From: Tubulanus polymorphus
Taxonomy: Eukaryota; Animalia; Nemertea
DNA length: 64,000 bases
Direction of reading: 5' to 3'
Assembly (NCBI RefSeq): GCF_964204645.1
Contig: NC_134029.1
Location: 11,186,850 to 11,250,849, forward strand
Shown one piece after another: positions 8,457-21,381 of this stretch. The notes under the pieces are model-generated. The model made no database searches. It was not told the origin of the DNA and worked only from the letters and a program-made list of their open reading frames with translations. A program made the translations under genes and the position numbers. Within the stretch, counting starts at the first letter, position 1, and every line of letters starts with the position of its first letter.

Positions 8457-8615
8457 TCAACTTTCGCTACCAATGATACTGATATCACATGGTTTTGCAT
8501 ATAATTTGAGTTCATTTTCAGTTCTGAGAACTTCCTTAACAACAGCGATTTCAGCAACTGAGTTAGAGAATGATTTGAAAACAGTATCTAGTTCTGTCAT
8601 CATTACTTCACCTTC
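8457..8615 (-). CDS. MTIF3: Mitochondrial translation initiation factor IF-3, last coding exon
   Basis: Acceptor ttacattttAG at 8617-8616; phase-0 continuation EGEVMMTELDTVFKSFSNSVAEIAVVKEVLRTENELKLYAKP..ES*, compatible with the IF3 C-terminal helix and strands. Confidence 0.7.
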   Translation of the reverse strand, partial: EGEVMMTELDTVFKSFSNSVAEIAVVKEVLRTENELKLYAKPCDISIIGSES

Positions 8616-9889
8616 CTAAAATGTAATAAAAGAATGTCATTAACATAGAATAAAATGTGTGATCGATTACAATATCTAACACAACCTACAGTAGACTCCA
8701 CCTATAACTATAGCGCTGGTACAGCAAAATAAACCAGAATAGACAACTACCAGTATAGATGTTCATTTTTTATAATGACAAACAGTATTGATTAAAAAGA
8801 TATTTGTAATTCTACCGATTTTGTTGGATAGCTGAATAGACTATACCACTAAATGCTGGCACTTTGAAGCACATGAAAGTCAGCCATCCTGGAGGACATC
8901 ATAACCTAGTTTGGTCATTTGGTAGGTTACATATCAAAGCTGACATATTAAATCTGATAGCTCTACCATTCCATTTCACATTCTCATATAAAAAGGAAAG
9001 CTCTACATGGAGACTATTATCAGTTGATAGCCAAAATGGGCAGGTTCAGAAACCAAGATGGCTGCCAATCTTGGATACGATTACCACAAATATCAAACTT
9101 GTCCCCGATTTTTTGGTCATACACAATGCATCCGAGTTTGAAGATGATTGACCAAACTTGTGGTCTGACTTACGAACACCAGCCCACCACAGGACCCAGG
9201 CACAACTACTGGTACAGCATATACTCCTAAAAACTACTAAATTAAATGCGAAAAGCTGACAATGAAGTGAATTCTAAAGATTATCACAATCTTTTCACCT
9301 AATTTGCAAACTTTTGAAATCTACATAGGCCTATCTCCTAATCTAAATAACAGGTTTTCTCCAAATAATCAATCATTGTCTACACATCAACTCTTCATTA
9401 GATTTTGGTTAATGTCACTCTAATTTCAATTCCCTCAACTGTATGTAGTTACATATATATCAAATCCTTCTAAACTGTTCAGAATGTTGTGGTTTCTACA
9501 GAACCCCTTGTTGTTATTACTGCTAGCTTTGTTTACGTATTTTAATTCTGACACAGCTTTTGTTAATGTCCAGTGAGTTTATATTCCTGTTGTTACTTCA
9601 GTTTCTGATCATTCCATCTCATGATGGCTAAATATTCCCATAATTATATATAGTCGAAATGATGTGGTTTCATCTGAATAAATTCTATCACATAAGAATT
9701 CGAATTTTGGTACCCAGACCGTAACATACGTCACATACTACCATCATTGGCGTACATGAATAATTGGTATATCAATGAAATAATCAACGGCACACTGAAA
9801 ACCTCACTTTAATCTGACCCTGGAACATAGCTTCCTTGAAACGTTTTTATCAGAGAGATCATTCGTGATTGGAAATAGTGGCTTGCATT

Positions 9890-10600
9890 GTAAAATAAGA
9901 AATTGCTTTGGTGGTCTGAAATGCTCAGCAACCAGGAAATTACAATATTCAATGCAGTAAACATATACAAAACCAATGACCTTAAAACTGACCACAATCT
10001 TAGAACATGTCACGAGCTACAATTTTGCAATTGATTATGGTAACTAAGTATGCCAAGGTACCAGTAAAATATGAAAAGAGTAAGTTTTTCTAGGATTTTG
10101 CAATTGATTGCGGTTACAAAATACCAAAGGTACCACTATAAATAGATAAATGGTATATTCAATATTCAACTCCCCCAGGAGGGGAGAACAAAAAACTGGG
10201 TAAGTCCAATTCCACATGAGGAGATGTATCCTATGACAGTGGTAACAATTATCAAATAACGAGACTATAAGTCAAAACTTATCACTATCTACCTATAAAA
10301 AACCTTTTTCTATCTATGAATGAGGATTCATGACATTGAGATGGCTGCTGATTGTGTGACAATTGATTGATAGAAATATTTAGGATCCCTTCGCAAGGTA
10401 TACCCACCATGAATTTCAATGGAAAATTGCACACCATTAGGAAGCTACAGGACTCACTATTCAGGGCAACATGACATTTTTGGGCACAAAAAAGGTCTGA
10501 CACCGGAGGGACCCAATTTTTCTTATGTTGATAAGAAATGGGGAAATCAAACGTAAAAGATCAAGGAAATTGATTGAATCGTCTTCAAAATTTCACTCAA
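9890..10600 (+). repeat. Degraded copy of the Helentron-like repeat family A (MTIF3 intron)
   Basis: Shares aatgacctt..accacaatc..agaacatgtca..agctacaattttgcaattgatt and ggaagctacaggactca with 31824-33100. Confidence 0.7.
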
Positions 10601-12709
10601 AAACTTAAATAAAGGACCATGGTCTCAGTAGGATCAACTGAGGACATTTTACTCTTGAGCTTAAAAATTGATTTATTCTTAGATTTGCAATAATGTACAA
10701 ACAGCTGATAAAGATGAAATCATGGTAAACTGTGTAGTAAGCATGTTCAACTTTGATGATATAGATGATAATGGGTTTTCCCTATGACTCACTCGCACAT
10801 TGCAAAACAATCAATACTATGTGTTCTTAATAAGGACATCAGTGGCAAATCCCTTCTAAAGGACTTTCCAAGTGATGCCCCTATTAAGGGCTTTCGCTGT
10901 TATGTCATCATCAAGAAACAAGGTCAAGAATCGATTAGAATGAGGAAAAACTCATAGAAATTTTGCACATATTCTCTCAGTACATCTAAACAGCTACGAG
11001 CTGATGGACAAAACTCTCCATATTAACACTTATCTCCATCCTAATGACAAAATATAAGCTGTGTTTATCCAGTAGTGCCACCAAGAGCGAACAGGAAGTT
11101 ACTCTCAGGACCATTTTATAAGGATTCCATCTACGGACTAAAGTCCCAAATGGACAAAAAATGTGGTTTTCCATGGCATTCTGTAGGTGGTGCTACTGGA
11201 GATATATACCATATAAGTTACCCAGTCAAAATATGCAACCATTATTCACTTTTTATTCCACTTCAATCAATTTCAATTAAAAAATGCCATCAGCTTTAAT
11301 AGTGCAATATCTCGTCAAAATCTCTTGCAATAGGCCTACATTGAAAGATTACGAACCCCAAAATTGTTAATAACTGTGTAAACTAACAAACATTAGGACA
11401 TATCTAATTGTTACATTGATGTGAATATTACATTATTTTGTCTCTTATATTCACATTACTGTAAATATTCCAATAATATTATCATTACGGATCAATAAAG
11501 AATATACACTCGTATTTCGTAATATACACTAATATTTCGTAAAAGGAAGCCTATTTCCTATGAGCCTAGAATTATATGAAAACAAATAGCTGTGGTGGAA
11601 TGATCTTCCAGGGGAAAATTACCAATAATAGGGGAAGTTGTGTAGGGTGTAACTTTACCAAAATCATAATGTCCCAAAATAATCCCATAATTAAGAACTT
11701 CCCAAATTCCTGTATCAGTGCAGTCGCCTTGCATTTTGACTTTCTGACTCATATTATCACTCTTTGTTCATTTATGGAACCTGTGTAACCATGGGGTGTT
11801 TCTGATGGGCTAGGTAATTTCTTTACGTTACCCACAATGAGGTTATAAATACAAGGTACATATGCAGGGCCAGCGGAAGCTAGTTGACATTGGCCCAGCT
11901 CATATCTGATGGCGTGAGGTCTAAACTGTGCCAAAATATTTTTGTCTGTTTTTTCAAGGGTTTCGGGTCTTACTTGGAGAAAGCTTTTTAAATGGTTGCG
12001 TTTGAAAGGCTCTGGGGCTATTTGAGACAAGTTTACTGCTTTCATAATTCAGATTCATTTATTCACTTTGTTTAGATGTGGCTGTTTCATAGTCAATCAC
12101 AAATAAATTTTTTCGGGAAGGGAGCAGGCCAAGCTGAGGTTTTTTTAAATAAACTTCATGAAAAGATTATCATTGGCAAAATCATTGGTCCGGTCAAAGC
12201 CAGCCTGGCCATAGCCAACTCGGCTCAGCAGGCCCTGAATTAAAACTTCATTTTGACTTTTTTGTTATTCTTATGGACAGATTTGAATGAATTTCAAAAA
12301 TTTCTCACTTTTCTTTTCTTCGCAAGTTCTTAGAAACTTTTTGGTTCCCTTTTGTTGATCTCTAGTTGCCCTGAGGCTCTATTTACTATGTACGGATGAG
12401 CACATGCGATAAGCTGATACACATGTCAATTTCTTGTTTTTGGTAGCGCCATAAAGCTAACCGAGACCCTATGGCTTAATAAATAAACAGTGCTGCACCC
12501 ATTTATTCATTCTATATTCATTTGTGACGGTTTAGCCAATGTCATAATATTGACAATTAAAGCAAAATGATGACTTATGAATGACAAATTAACCACAGAA
12601 TCATTAAGGTAATAAAGGGTTTATCCGTTCTGGAAGATGACGATTAAGCCAGCGTGACGAATTACACACTGATGACTAAGCAAGATTGACTGTAGCATAT
12701 TTTTATTAC

Positions 12710-13357
12710 CTGCTCTTCTGAAATACGTTTCCGTCTTGATGCTTTAATGTTAACTTTGATGGAATATCCTTTTTCTAGCCACCCAGTAAACTGTGCTATC
12801 TTCAATTGTAAATCATGCGCACTAATTGAACTCTTCACCTTCATTGATTTTTCCACATTCTTATATTTTGATTGTTGTTGTTGTTTTTCAACTCGCATTA
12901 GGTGAAGTTCGCGTCCAGTTTTAAGTTGATAAACAGGTGGGTCCACATTCGAATCTATCAATACAACTTTCAGATTATCTACTGATGCTTTCTTCTTGGC
13001 AACATTTAAAGTCATTACACCTAAATCTTGATTTGAATTTCCCAACAATTTGATTTTCTGTTTATTGAGTTTATCTATCGCAATTGTTGCTTCGACCTCC
13101 CGGTTGAGGTCATCATCTGGTTGTTTTAATTTTGTACGCACAACTGATGTCACAAATGTCTTTCGTTGAATCAGGCCTAAATAATCACCAATTTCTAGGG
13201 ATTTTACAAGGTTTTCTGTAACTTTTGACACCTGCATGAACTTCTGGTACTGGTACTCAAGCCCCACTGATGAATTGAATATTTGTTTTGTTATGAAATG
13301 GGTCCTCGGTCCAAAATGACAGAATCTTGCAACAGCAGTTTGTATTATTCCAAACAT
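12710..13357 (-). CDS. MTIF3: Mitochondrial translation initiation factor IF-3, main coding exon
   Basis: Presequence-like N terminus; IF3-N (IKLLG..QDLGVMTL..LKVVLI..DPPVYQL) and IF3-C (KSSISAHDLQLKIAQFTGWLEKGYSIKV). Donor CAG|GTAATA at 12710; acceptor tttttcAG at 13384-13383. Confidence 0.9.
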
Positions 13358-13719
13358 CTTGTATCAATCAGCACCAATTCATCTGAAAAATACATGAGCT
13401 TTTTCATTTTAAGTCCTCTTAATTTTTAGACCTATATATGAATACTTCAACGAATGCATCATCATAGTTGACCAGAACTCTGGTCAACTATTGGCGATTG
13501 GCAATCAGAAACAATGTACCCTGATAGTCAATCCAGTTCTCTCATCACCAATGGCAATCCAACAATTCAAACACACCTACCTGGCAGATAATGCCGACTT
13601 CTGCTATTTTCATTCACAAAATACATTCACTTTAATCAGCCGGGAAATGGTTCAAATGTTCAGATTTATTGGAACCAACGAACCCCCATCTTGTCAGTGA
13701 CCTGTCTGAATAATACCAA

Positions 13720-15795
13720 AAGTGAAAATGCCAATCGTAAAAAAACCAGGGGTGTAAAAATGCCAGAGGTTAAAATGCCAGAGGAAATAATGCCAGAAGG
13801 GTAAATTGATTCAATGATTATAAGAAACAGAGTGTATCAAAACTTATAAACTATTCATCGAATTGTCGCTTTGATGACATGAATTACAGCAAACTAGCTC
13901 TTTGATTTTAATTATCATACCTATTATTATACCTAGAAATATGCTTTATCTGAACTGTGTATTCAATATGTAAACTTGTGCATTCATTTGTTAATATTCA
14001 TTAATTTAGAAATGTGTAATAATCATGACGATGTTCGCTTTTTTATTTCAATTATATAAGAATATGTGCATTAAGTTGTTAATTTTCAATGATCTGAAAA
14101 TATTTTATATCTTAATACATCTTGTGTAAATAATGGTACGCGGTAATAATACCATAGGTAAAAATGCCATAGCTAATAATGCCAGAAGTAACAAGAAAGA
14201 AATTCTAAAAATGGGCTTGCTGACATGGTTGTACTGAAAGCTGGCTTGGTGGTTTTGTATTTCTGTAGTAGAATTAACTGAACTTTTGAACTGAACACTT
14301 TTTAAAGAGCTGAGAGATCGGTGTTGTCTTACATCACACAATGAAATGTTACACACGGGGACTGGGAATCCGAATAGTTTCATTGTAGACGTGGACCAAG
14401 TTAGTGCAAGCTTTTGGGTTGTTGTCATTTGAATATTGTAGTGTCTTAACGGAATCTATCATCATGTCGATAATTGCTAGATTACCGGTACTTATCGGAT
14501 TGTGTTGAATTGATTTTGCATAGAGATATTTACAACTGAAAGGAAAAACGTGACTAACTCGAGTGAAGAGAAGCGAACACGAAAATAGATAGGAGTCACA
14601 ATTTTTCTTTTTAAAATAATAAAGACGTTAAGCAAGAATAAGTTGCATTTCCTTCAAATGACAATCCACTACGATCATCCGATAAAGTTTATTGCCACCA
14701 TAGATTACTGCCCCCTGGCTCTTTGGAGACAGGGAACCAGTCTTCAATTCAATTCAGAATTTATTTTACAGAAAAGCGGTTTTTAAGTTTTAGATATTTA
14801 AACTGAAAAATATAAATGTTCATACAGAGATTTTACAAATGGCCACTAACGCAAGCACCTAATGAAAGTAAAAGAAAATTAAAAGCATTTTTTTTAAACG
14901 TGAAAGTAAATATTTCATTGGGATATTTTAATTGTGTCAATAAAGAATGAATTGAATTGTCGGCAGCACTATGCCGCGCATGAATACCAATTTCAAGTCT
15001 GACCACGCACGCTCAACCAAGGTTGGTATACGCTATGGGCTTATATATATATAATATGGGCTTGCAAGCATGCAAGCCCATAAAAATGCCAGAGATTATA
15101 ATGATATTATAATGATTATAATGATTATAAGAAACAAGTGTATCAAAACTTATAAACTATTCATCGAATTGTTGCTTTGATCCTATGAATTACAGCAGAT
15201 TAACACGTCGAAAACTTTTTGACTTAATTATCATACCTATCATTATACCTAGAAATATGCTTTATCTGAACTGTGCGTTCAATATGTAAACTCTGTGCAT
15301 TAATATGTTGATATTCATTAATCTAGAAATGTGTTATATATATTGACCATGTTCGCTTTTTGATTTCAATCATATAAGAATATGTGCATAAATTTGTTAA
15401 TTTCCCAGCTAAAAATATGTTGTATGTCAATATCATCTTGTGCAAATAAGAATAACAATAATTCTAATGAATTTCTTGTCTATGTCAGACTTTTATCTTA
15501 TAAATTTGTGATTCTCTTTATTTAACAAATTTGTCATTCATATTTGAATTTCTACTATCATAAGAACATGTTATGTAGGCTATATATAAACTGTGCATTC
15601 GTAACGTAAAATCTAGTGTAAATAAGAATATCAGGTCCAATGTTAATAAATTCTTCGCTAGATTTTCCTTCTGGTATTTTTACCTCTGGCATTTTTACCT
15701 ATGGTGTGATTTTTACCTCTAGTATTTTTACCTCTGGTATATCTACTTCTGGCATTATTACCCAGGCATTTTTACCTCTTGCATTATTACCTTCG
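13720..15795. mobile_element. Foldback/MITE-like element with inverted arrays of ~15-bp repeats (aaaatgccagagg) and an internal ~300-bp duplication
   Basis: 13725-13800 versus the inverted array at 15665-15795; 13812-14130 is repeated at 15120-15450. Confidence 0.6.
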
Positions 15796-15974
15796 CAAAT
15801 AACAATATCAAATATAGCTGCAAAGCAGCGATAACGGGTTTTCTGCACAGTCTTAAAATCCGGTTCAACGGTCAACACAGTTTTATAAATGGAAGGTCGA
15901 CAAACAGTCAATTATACCTACATGAATCCATGGACGACTGGACCAGATGGTCTTATTTGTCGACTGTTAGGCCT

Positions 15975-16385
15975 TAATTAGTCTTTATGGATTTCGACAC
16001 AAAGCAATTGATAAGGTACAACATCAGCCATTACTAAACAAGCTATTGGGAAACAGTATCAATGATGGGTCATTCAAATGGCAAAAAAAATCTGAACGAA
16101 AACAGGTGGCCAAAATCAACAGAACGCCTCATCTTGGATTAAGTCGGTCTACCAAATGGAGTTACACAAGGTAGTATCCTAAGTCCTCTTCTCTTCACGG
16201 TCGTGATAAATGATATACACAGTAATCCAAAATGACTGAGTCAGACCGAGTAAATTTCCAAAACGACCTAAACAAGCTGTGTTCCGTACATGGTCAGAAA
16301 CATGGAAGATGGGCTTCAACCTAAAAGGCATGATATGGATATTCGATACAAAGAAAACCCAGGTTCAGATTATACCCTTGTGTTC
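15975..16385 (+). pseudogene. CR1/L2-like LINE reverse transcriptase remnant
   Basis: Frameshifted LVFMDF..KA.DKV.HQ.LLNKL and GVTQGSILSPLLFTVVINDI. Confidence 0.75.
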
Positions 16386-16984
16386 GAATGAGAAGATTAT
16401 TTTGTTCGAATAAATATTACTCATTATAACAAAAGACCATTTAGTTCCATCAGAATTTTGTTGTTTGGAACGAAAAACACTTCAATCGAACAATATACTT
16501 GTTCGAACAAAAAACTTAATGTTCTGATCAGAAAATTTCGTTCAAATGAAAACGATTCTGTTCAATAGAGCGATAAGCTTTTCGTTCGAACAAATACTTT
16601 TCTTCGCTCCGACAAAAATTTGATTGAATGAAAGGCTATGTTATTGTTCAAACGAAAAACTATCAGTCCCGACAAAAAAATTTGTTGAGCGAAAACAATT
16701 TTATTCGAATGGATATTTGAATGAAACCGATTCTGTTCGATCGAACAATTTGTTCGGACGAAAAACCTCTTATTAAAAAAAAGATTTGTTCGGACGAAAA
16801 CAATTTTTTTTTAACGAAATTTTCCGATGAAAATCTTCATTTTTGCCAATAAAATATCGTCGATAATTGTGATTGATCATTGGAAGTCAGAACCAGTTAA
16901 TAACTAATATATGCCATCTAATTAATATGATTCCTCTTTTACAGGGAACTTAGCTTTAACCTAGTAGAGGCTACTAACTTCTGT

Positions 16985-17127
16985 AGGCCTATGTATATGT
17001 ATAGGCTTAGCATCCGGACAGATTGGTCTTAGGCCTATTGAATTTCAACCCTCCTAGGTCTATGTATATGCGTAGGCAAAGCATCCGGACAGATTGGTCT
17101 TAGGCCTATTGAATTTCAACCCTCCTA
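16985..17127 (+). repeat. Two-copy ~71-bp tandem duplication
   Basis: tagg.ctatgtatatg..taggc..agcatccggacagattggtcttaggcctattgaatttcaaccctcc occurs twice. Confidence 0.9.
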
Positions 17128-18317
17128 AACATCGTAATCCTACACCTTTTTCAACAGGGATGGGTCTCTGGGGTATTAAATTCATATAATCGATTTCATT
17201 TTCGGATTATGAAGAAAGAAATCTTTTGTAAGTCGTAGCAATGTTGCCGAATTTTTATTTCTATTTTGTTTTGAAGTTCAATCCAATGAGTCCGTTAATA
17301 AATGCAAGAATTATACTGCGTTTGTTTGAGACAGTAAAGCTTAGTATTTGTAGGCCCAAAGGTCTGGCATAACTCGATAAACACTTCAAGCGACACTGCG
17401 AACGATTTCCTTTCCCCGCGGCGAATGCTTACCCCAAATATCAAGCGTGAGTCCAGCTTACGGATAAGAGTATGTTATATACTTGTATTTAGTAAATACC
17501 TTGTGGATTTGACAATGATCAGTATGTACTGTAGGAAATATAGAGTATTGATAAATTTTTGAAGCCCGCGGCCGAATAAAGTATTATATTCTTTTATTTT
17601 GATACCTCGTCGACACAACAGCTTTTCTCCGCTACATCTCTTTGGCATGTTTAGTATAGGCCTACGAATCACCGGTACTCTAATGATTTATCCTAGTAAA
17701 TACATGGTTAATTTGGTAAAGAAAATAAGGTATTGTTAAACTAACTTTTTGAAGCCCGCGGCCAAATGACTGGTAGTAATAAATTTATTTGTACTTGATT
17801 TGATTGTCACCATGAGGAGAAACTCACAGCCGATCCCCGGAACAACGATGAAGAGACACACGTTGATACGGCTCGGCAGTGCTTTTTAAATCTAGAGCAG
17901 TAAATTTCCTGTGTATCGGTAATATGATTTGATGAGGAAAATGGGTAATTGTTAAAAATCACTGTTTGAAAACCGTGGCTGAATGTGAAGTCTTGCGGCA
18001 ATAAATTTGTTTATTTACACTTGAATTGAGAATCGAAGTGATGAGCAACCTCCTGTGGATTTTGGGATGACGACTCAGAAAAACATGTCGCCTCAATGAA
18101 TGGGACCCAATTTTCGATGTTTATGGCCCGACAGTGCTTTTGTAACGTTGAATTATCAAAATACGCATGGAGTATTTGTAGAATGAAGTGAGCTTAATGA
18201 AATCAGACGGATTATGTCGGCAACAGTGGCAAGGTAACAAAACCTATGTTCCATTAGTGAAAATAGTGTGACATAAAATAATAATAATATGAAACATGCG
18301 AAACACGCGAATCTCAA

Positions 18318-18830
18318 TATAAATATAGCTGCAAAGCAGCGATAATGGTTTTCTGCACAGCTTTGTTCGTAATTCTTGATCTTGTCTGGATAATGTGTCG
18401 ACCAACGAATGCGTGTATGACGCAGCCCCACTATGGTATGAAAATGAAGGGAATTTTGAATCCTGTTCAACAGTCAACACGGTTTTATTAAAGGAAGGTC
18501 TACAAAAAGTCAATTGGGTTAACTTGAAACCATGGATGATTGAACCAGATGGTTTTTTACTCTGGAAAATCGATTGTTAGGCCTTAATTAGTCTTTATAG
18601 ATTTCGAAAAAGCATTTGATAAAGAACTACATCAGCGATTACTAAACAAGCTATTAGGAAATGGTATCAATGATCATGGGTCGCTTAAATGGCTTAGCAT
18701 TTTTCTACGAAAGAAAAACGGTGGCCGAAATCAACGTCATCTTGATCTAACCAGTGGAGTAACGCAAGGTAGTATCCTGAGTTGTCTTCTCTTCACTGTC
18801 AAATGATATACAGAATAATCCAAAATGTAC
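18318..18830 (+). repeat. Diverged second copy of 15806-16235, including the LINE RT remnant
   Basis: Shared aaatatagctgcaaagcagcgata...tgttaggccttaattagtctttat..caaggtagtatcct. Confidence 0.8.
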
Positions 18831-19481
18831 AGGATCAGTGAATTTCCAAACATCTTCGATAAGTGAGTTGTTTGCTGGCCTCCTGGTGATCCCTTCGGCG
18901 CAAGAGATTGGCCAAGCCTCAACTTATTGCATGTCTATTCGGGTTAGAAATCCAGAAAACCGTGACTATTCTGGCCAAGGCAGTGGTTTGCTCCTATCAG
19001 CCGTTGATTTTGTCACTGGACATAGATTAATTGATCTCTCCGATGATACCGAGAATTGTTAAGTTAGGGACATACATGATGACGATGAGGTAGATGTAGA
19101 TGTCTCCTGTAAAACTGATGTAAATAAAACTGATATTCGTAGTGATGATAATATTAACGATGATGACAAATTCGATAAATTTTGTCGGTGGTGTAGACGC
19201 ATCCCTCCTGCAATGGTAGACGAGGTTAGAAAACACATCAAAATGATGCTTGCGGCAGGCGTAATCAAATCCTCGTCCACTGCATTTGCTTCTCCAGTGG
19301 TTTTGGTGAGGAAAAAATTAGGAGACTTACGGCAATTTTGCATCGATTATCTGGCGCTAATCAAACGGACAATCCCAGACCATTATTGTTTGCCCTGTAT
19401 CGATGAACACCTGAACGCTTTATCCGGTTCACGCTACTATTCGCATCTTTACTTAAAAAGTGGCTATTGACAGGTTGCTAG

Positions 19482-20005
19482 TAGGAAGTAGGGAGCTACA
19501 GGACTCAGAATTCGGGCCAAAATTGACATTTTTGGGCACTTAAAAGGTCATCTTGAGTCCGATCAACCCAATTTATCTTATGCTGATGGGCCTTTGGGGG
19601 ATTCAAATATATACAAAGGAGCAAGGTCATTGATAAAAGCGTCTTCAAAATTTCCCACAAAAACTTCAAAAATGTGTAAAAAGTGCCATCTTGAGTCCGA
19701 TCGACCCACTTTTTGTTATGCTGATGGGCCCTTGGTAGATACAAATATATACGAAAGATCAAGGTAATTGATCAAAGTGTCTTAAAAATTACCCTCAAAA
19801 ACTTCAAGATGTGTAAAAAGTGCTAATTTTGGAGAACAACAATGGCTGAGAGTCGGCCATCTTGGTTCTGACAGGGCCAGTATTTGGGCTGAAGATGTGT
19901 CTAGGGTAGATACATGTATAAATCAAATATCAAGACATTACATCGAAGCGTCTTCAAAACTTCCCAAAGGGGACGCAATAGCCCGCTGGGACTAAAGTAA
20001 GTGGC
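19482..20005 (+). repeat. Family A 3' fragment inserted in the Gypsy RT
   Basis: Matches 32643-33095, including gcaatagcccgctgggactaaagt. Confidence 0.85.
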
Positions 20006-20009
20006 AGAT

Positions 20010-20790
20010 GACACTGCTTCCAAACTGATGGACAATATCAACAATCAGTTCTGTTTTTAGTTTTCCACTAGGAATTTTCATTTGATTTTTCATAAATTCG
20101 TTTACCAGAGCAGTTTTCTCCTGGTTTCTCGAGAAGATTATGTATCAGCAGGTTTTGCCGCATCGATGGGAATTTCAAATCAGTGTTTTCATCTTTCAAT
20201 TCCTGAATTTTGTACTCGGCCTGCTCTAGTTTGCGATTGAGGGAAACGACCATTTCATACAGTTCCGAATTTGTCGGCTGACCAGGTTGTCAGTTGTCTC
20301 TTTTCAAATGTGCATTGGCCTGAGTGTTGCCCTTAATACTTATATCAAAACGGTCAAGACGATCAATGATAGTATTTATAGACTCTGCCTCTGATAAGGT
20401 TGACTGATCCATTGACTCTTTTTCAGTCACGTTTGGTTTTTTGTGATCAGGGCTCTCAGATGAATTTGGCGATCTTATTTCATCTAGTGTTCTTTTAGTT
20501 TTGCACAGCGTTTGATCGTTTAGACTGGTCTGATCATTTTGTACTTTGTTACAACTCATCTTAATTCATGCGGAACGGGCTTCCGTGTATGTTAGGTGAT
20601 ATAGAATGTCCACCAGGTAAATGTCAGTACTACAGTAAATGCAAATGAAATAGCGGACAGTTATTCGATCTCTATCATATGAAGTTATTTAAAGTTTTCT
20701 TCACCTTTCCAGAGCTTCTATAGATTCCTTGTATTTTCTGCTTCGTTGACCGACCAGCACTCTTAATGCACCGCCATCTTTTACTCAGAG
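20010..20790 (-). pseudogene. LINE 5' region / ORF1 fragment
   Basis: KRTLDE..SP N terminus, coiled coil, then SMRQNLLIHNLLEKPGENC, the usual start of the LINE ORF1 RRM. Confidence 0.65.
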
Positions 20791-21157
20791 TCAAATCTTT
20801 TACTCATGGAAATTTGTTTAGGAGACCTCAATCTCAAAGAATGCCTTGTCTACATAGATGACATAATTGTGTTTTCTAATTCCATTGATCAGCATATCCT
20901 CCGTCTAACTGATGTGTTCCAAAAGTTGAAAGATGCGGGGCTAAAATTAAAACCTTCAAAGTGTTCTTTCTTTCAATTAAAGGTCTAATATCTAGGTCAT
21001 GTGGTTTCAGAAGCTGGCATTAGACCAGATCCTAAGAAAACAGAGTCGATTCTAAAGTGGAAGGTACACGAAACCATTGGTGAAGTCCGTAGTTTCATGG
21101 GGTTCGCCTCATACTATCAGCACTTTGTTCAAAATTTTGCAAAAATTGCGAGGCCTC

Positions 21158-21381
21158 TGTAAGGGTCTCATCCGTTATTATGTATATAGTTTACCGTCGG
21201 TAATTAGTGTAATGTATAGTGTAATAAATCACTGCTAGGTGCGGTATCTTAGAAGTGAATCCATTCTCCGAGTAAGTTTGTTGTTTTTTTGTTCGGGATA
21301 AATTGCCCCTTTTAGCCTATCGTCAGAGCGTAGATCATCCTTAAAAGAGGTATTAGACATTTAGAAGACAGGACCGTTACA
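21158..21381 (+). repeat. 5' LTR
   Basis: Direct repeat of 25515-25741, followed by the PBS. Confidence 0.95.

Noticed and set aside
12662-12709. C-terminal tail of the 231-aa ORF
   Set aside because: Read-through into the intron after the CAG|GTAATA donor; the IF3 C-domain is completed by 8457-8615.
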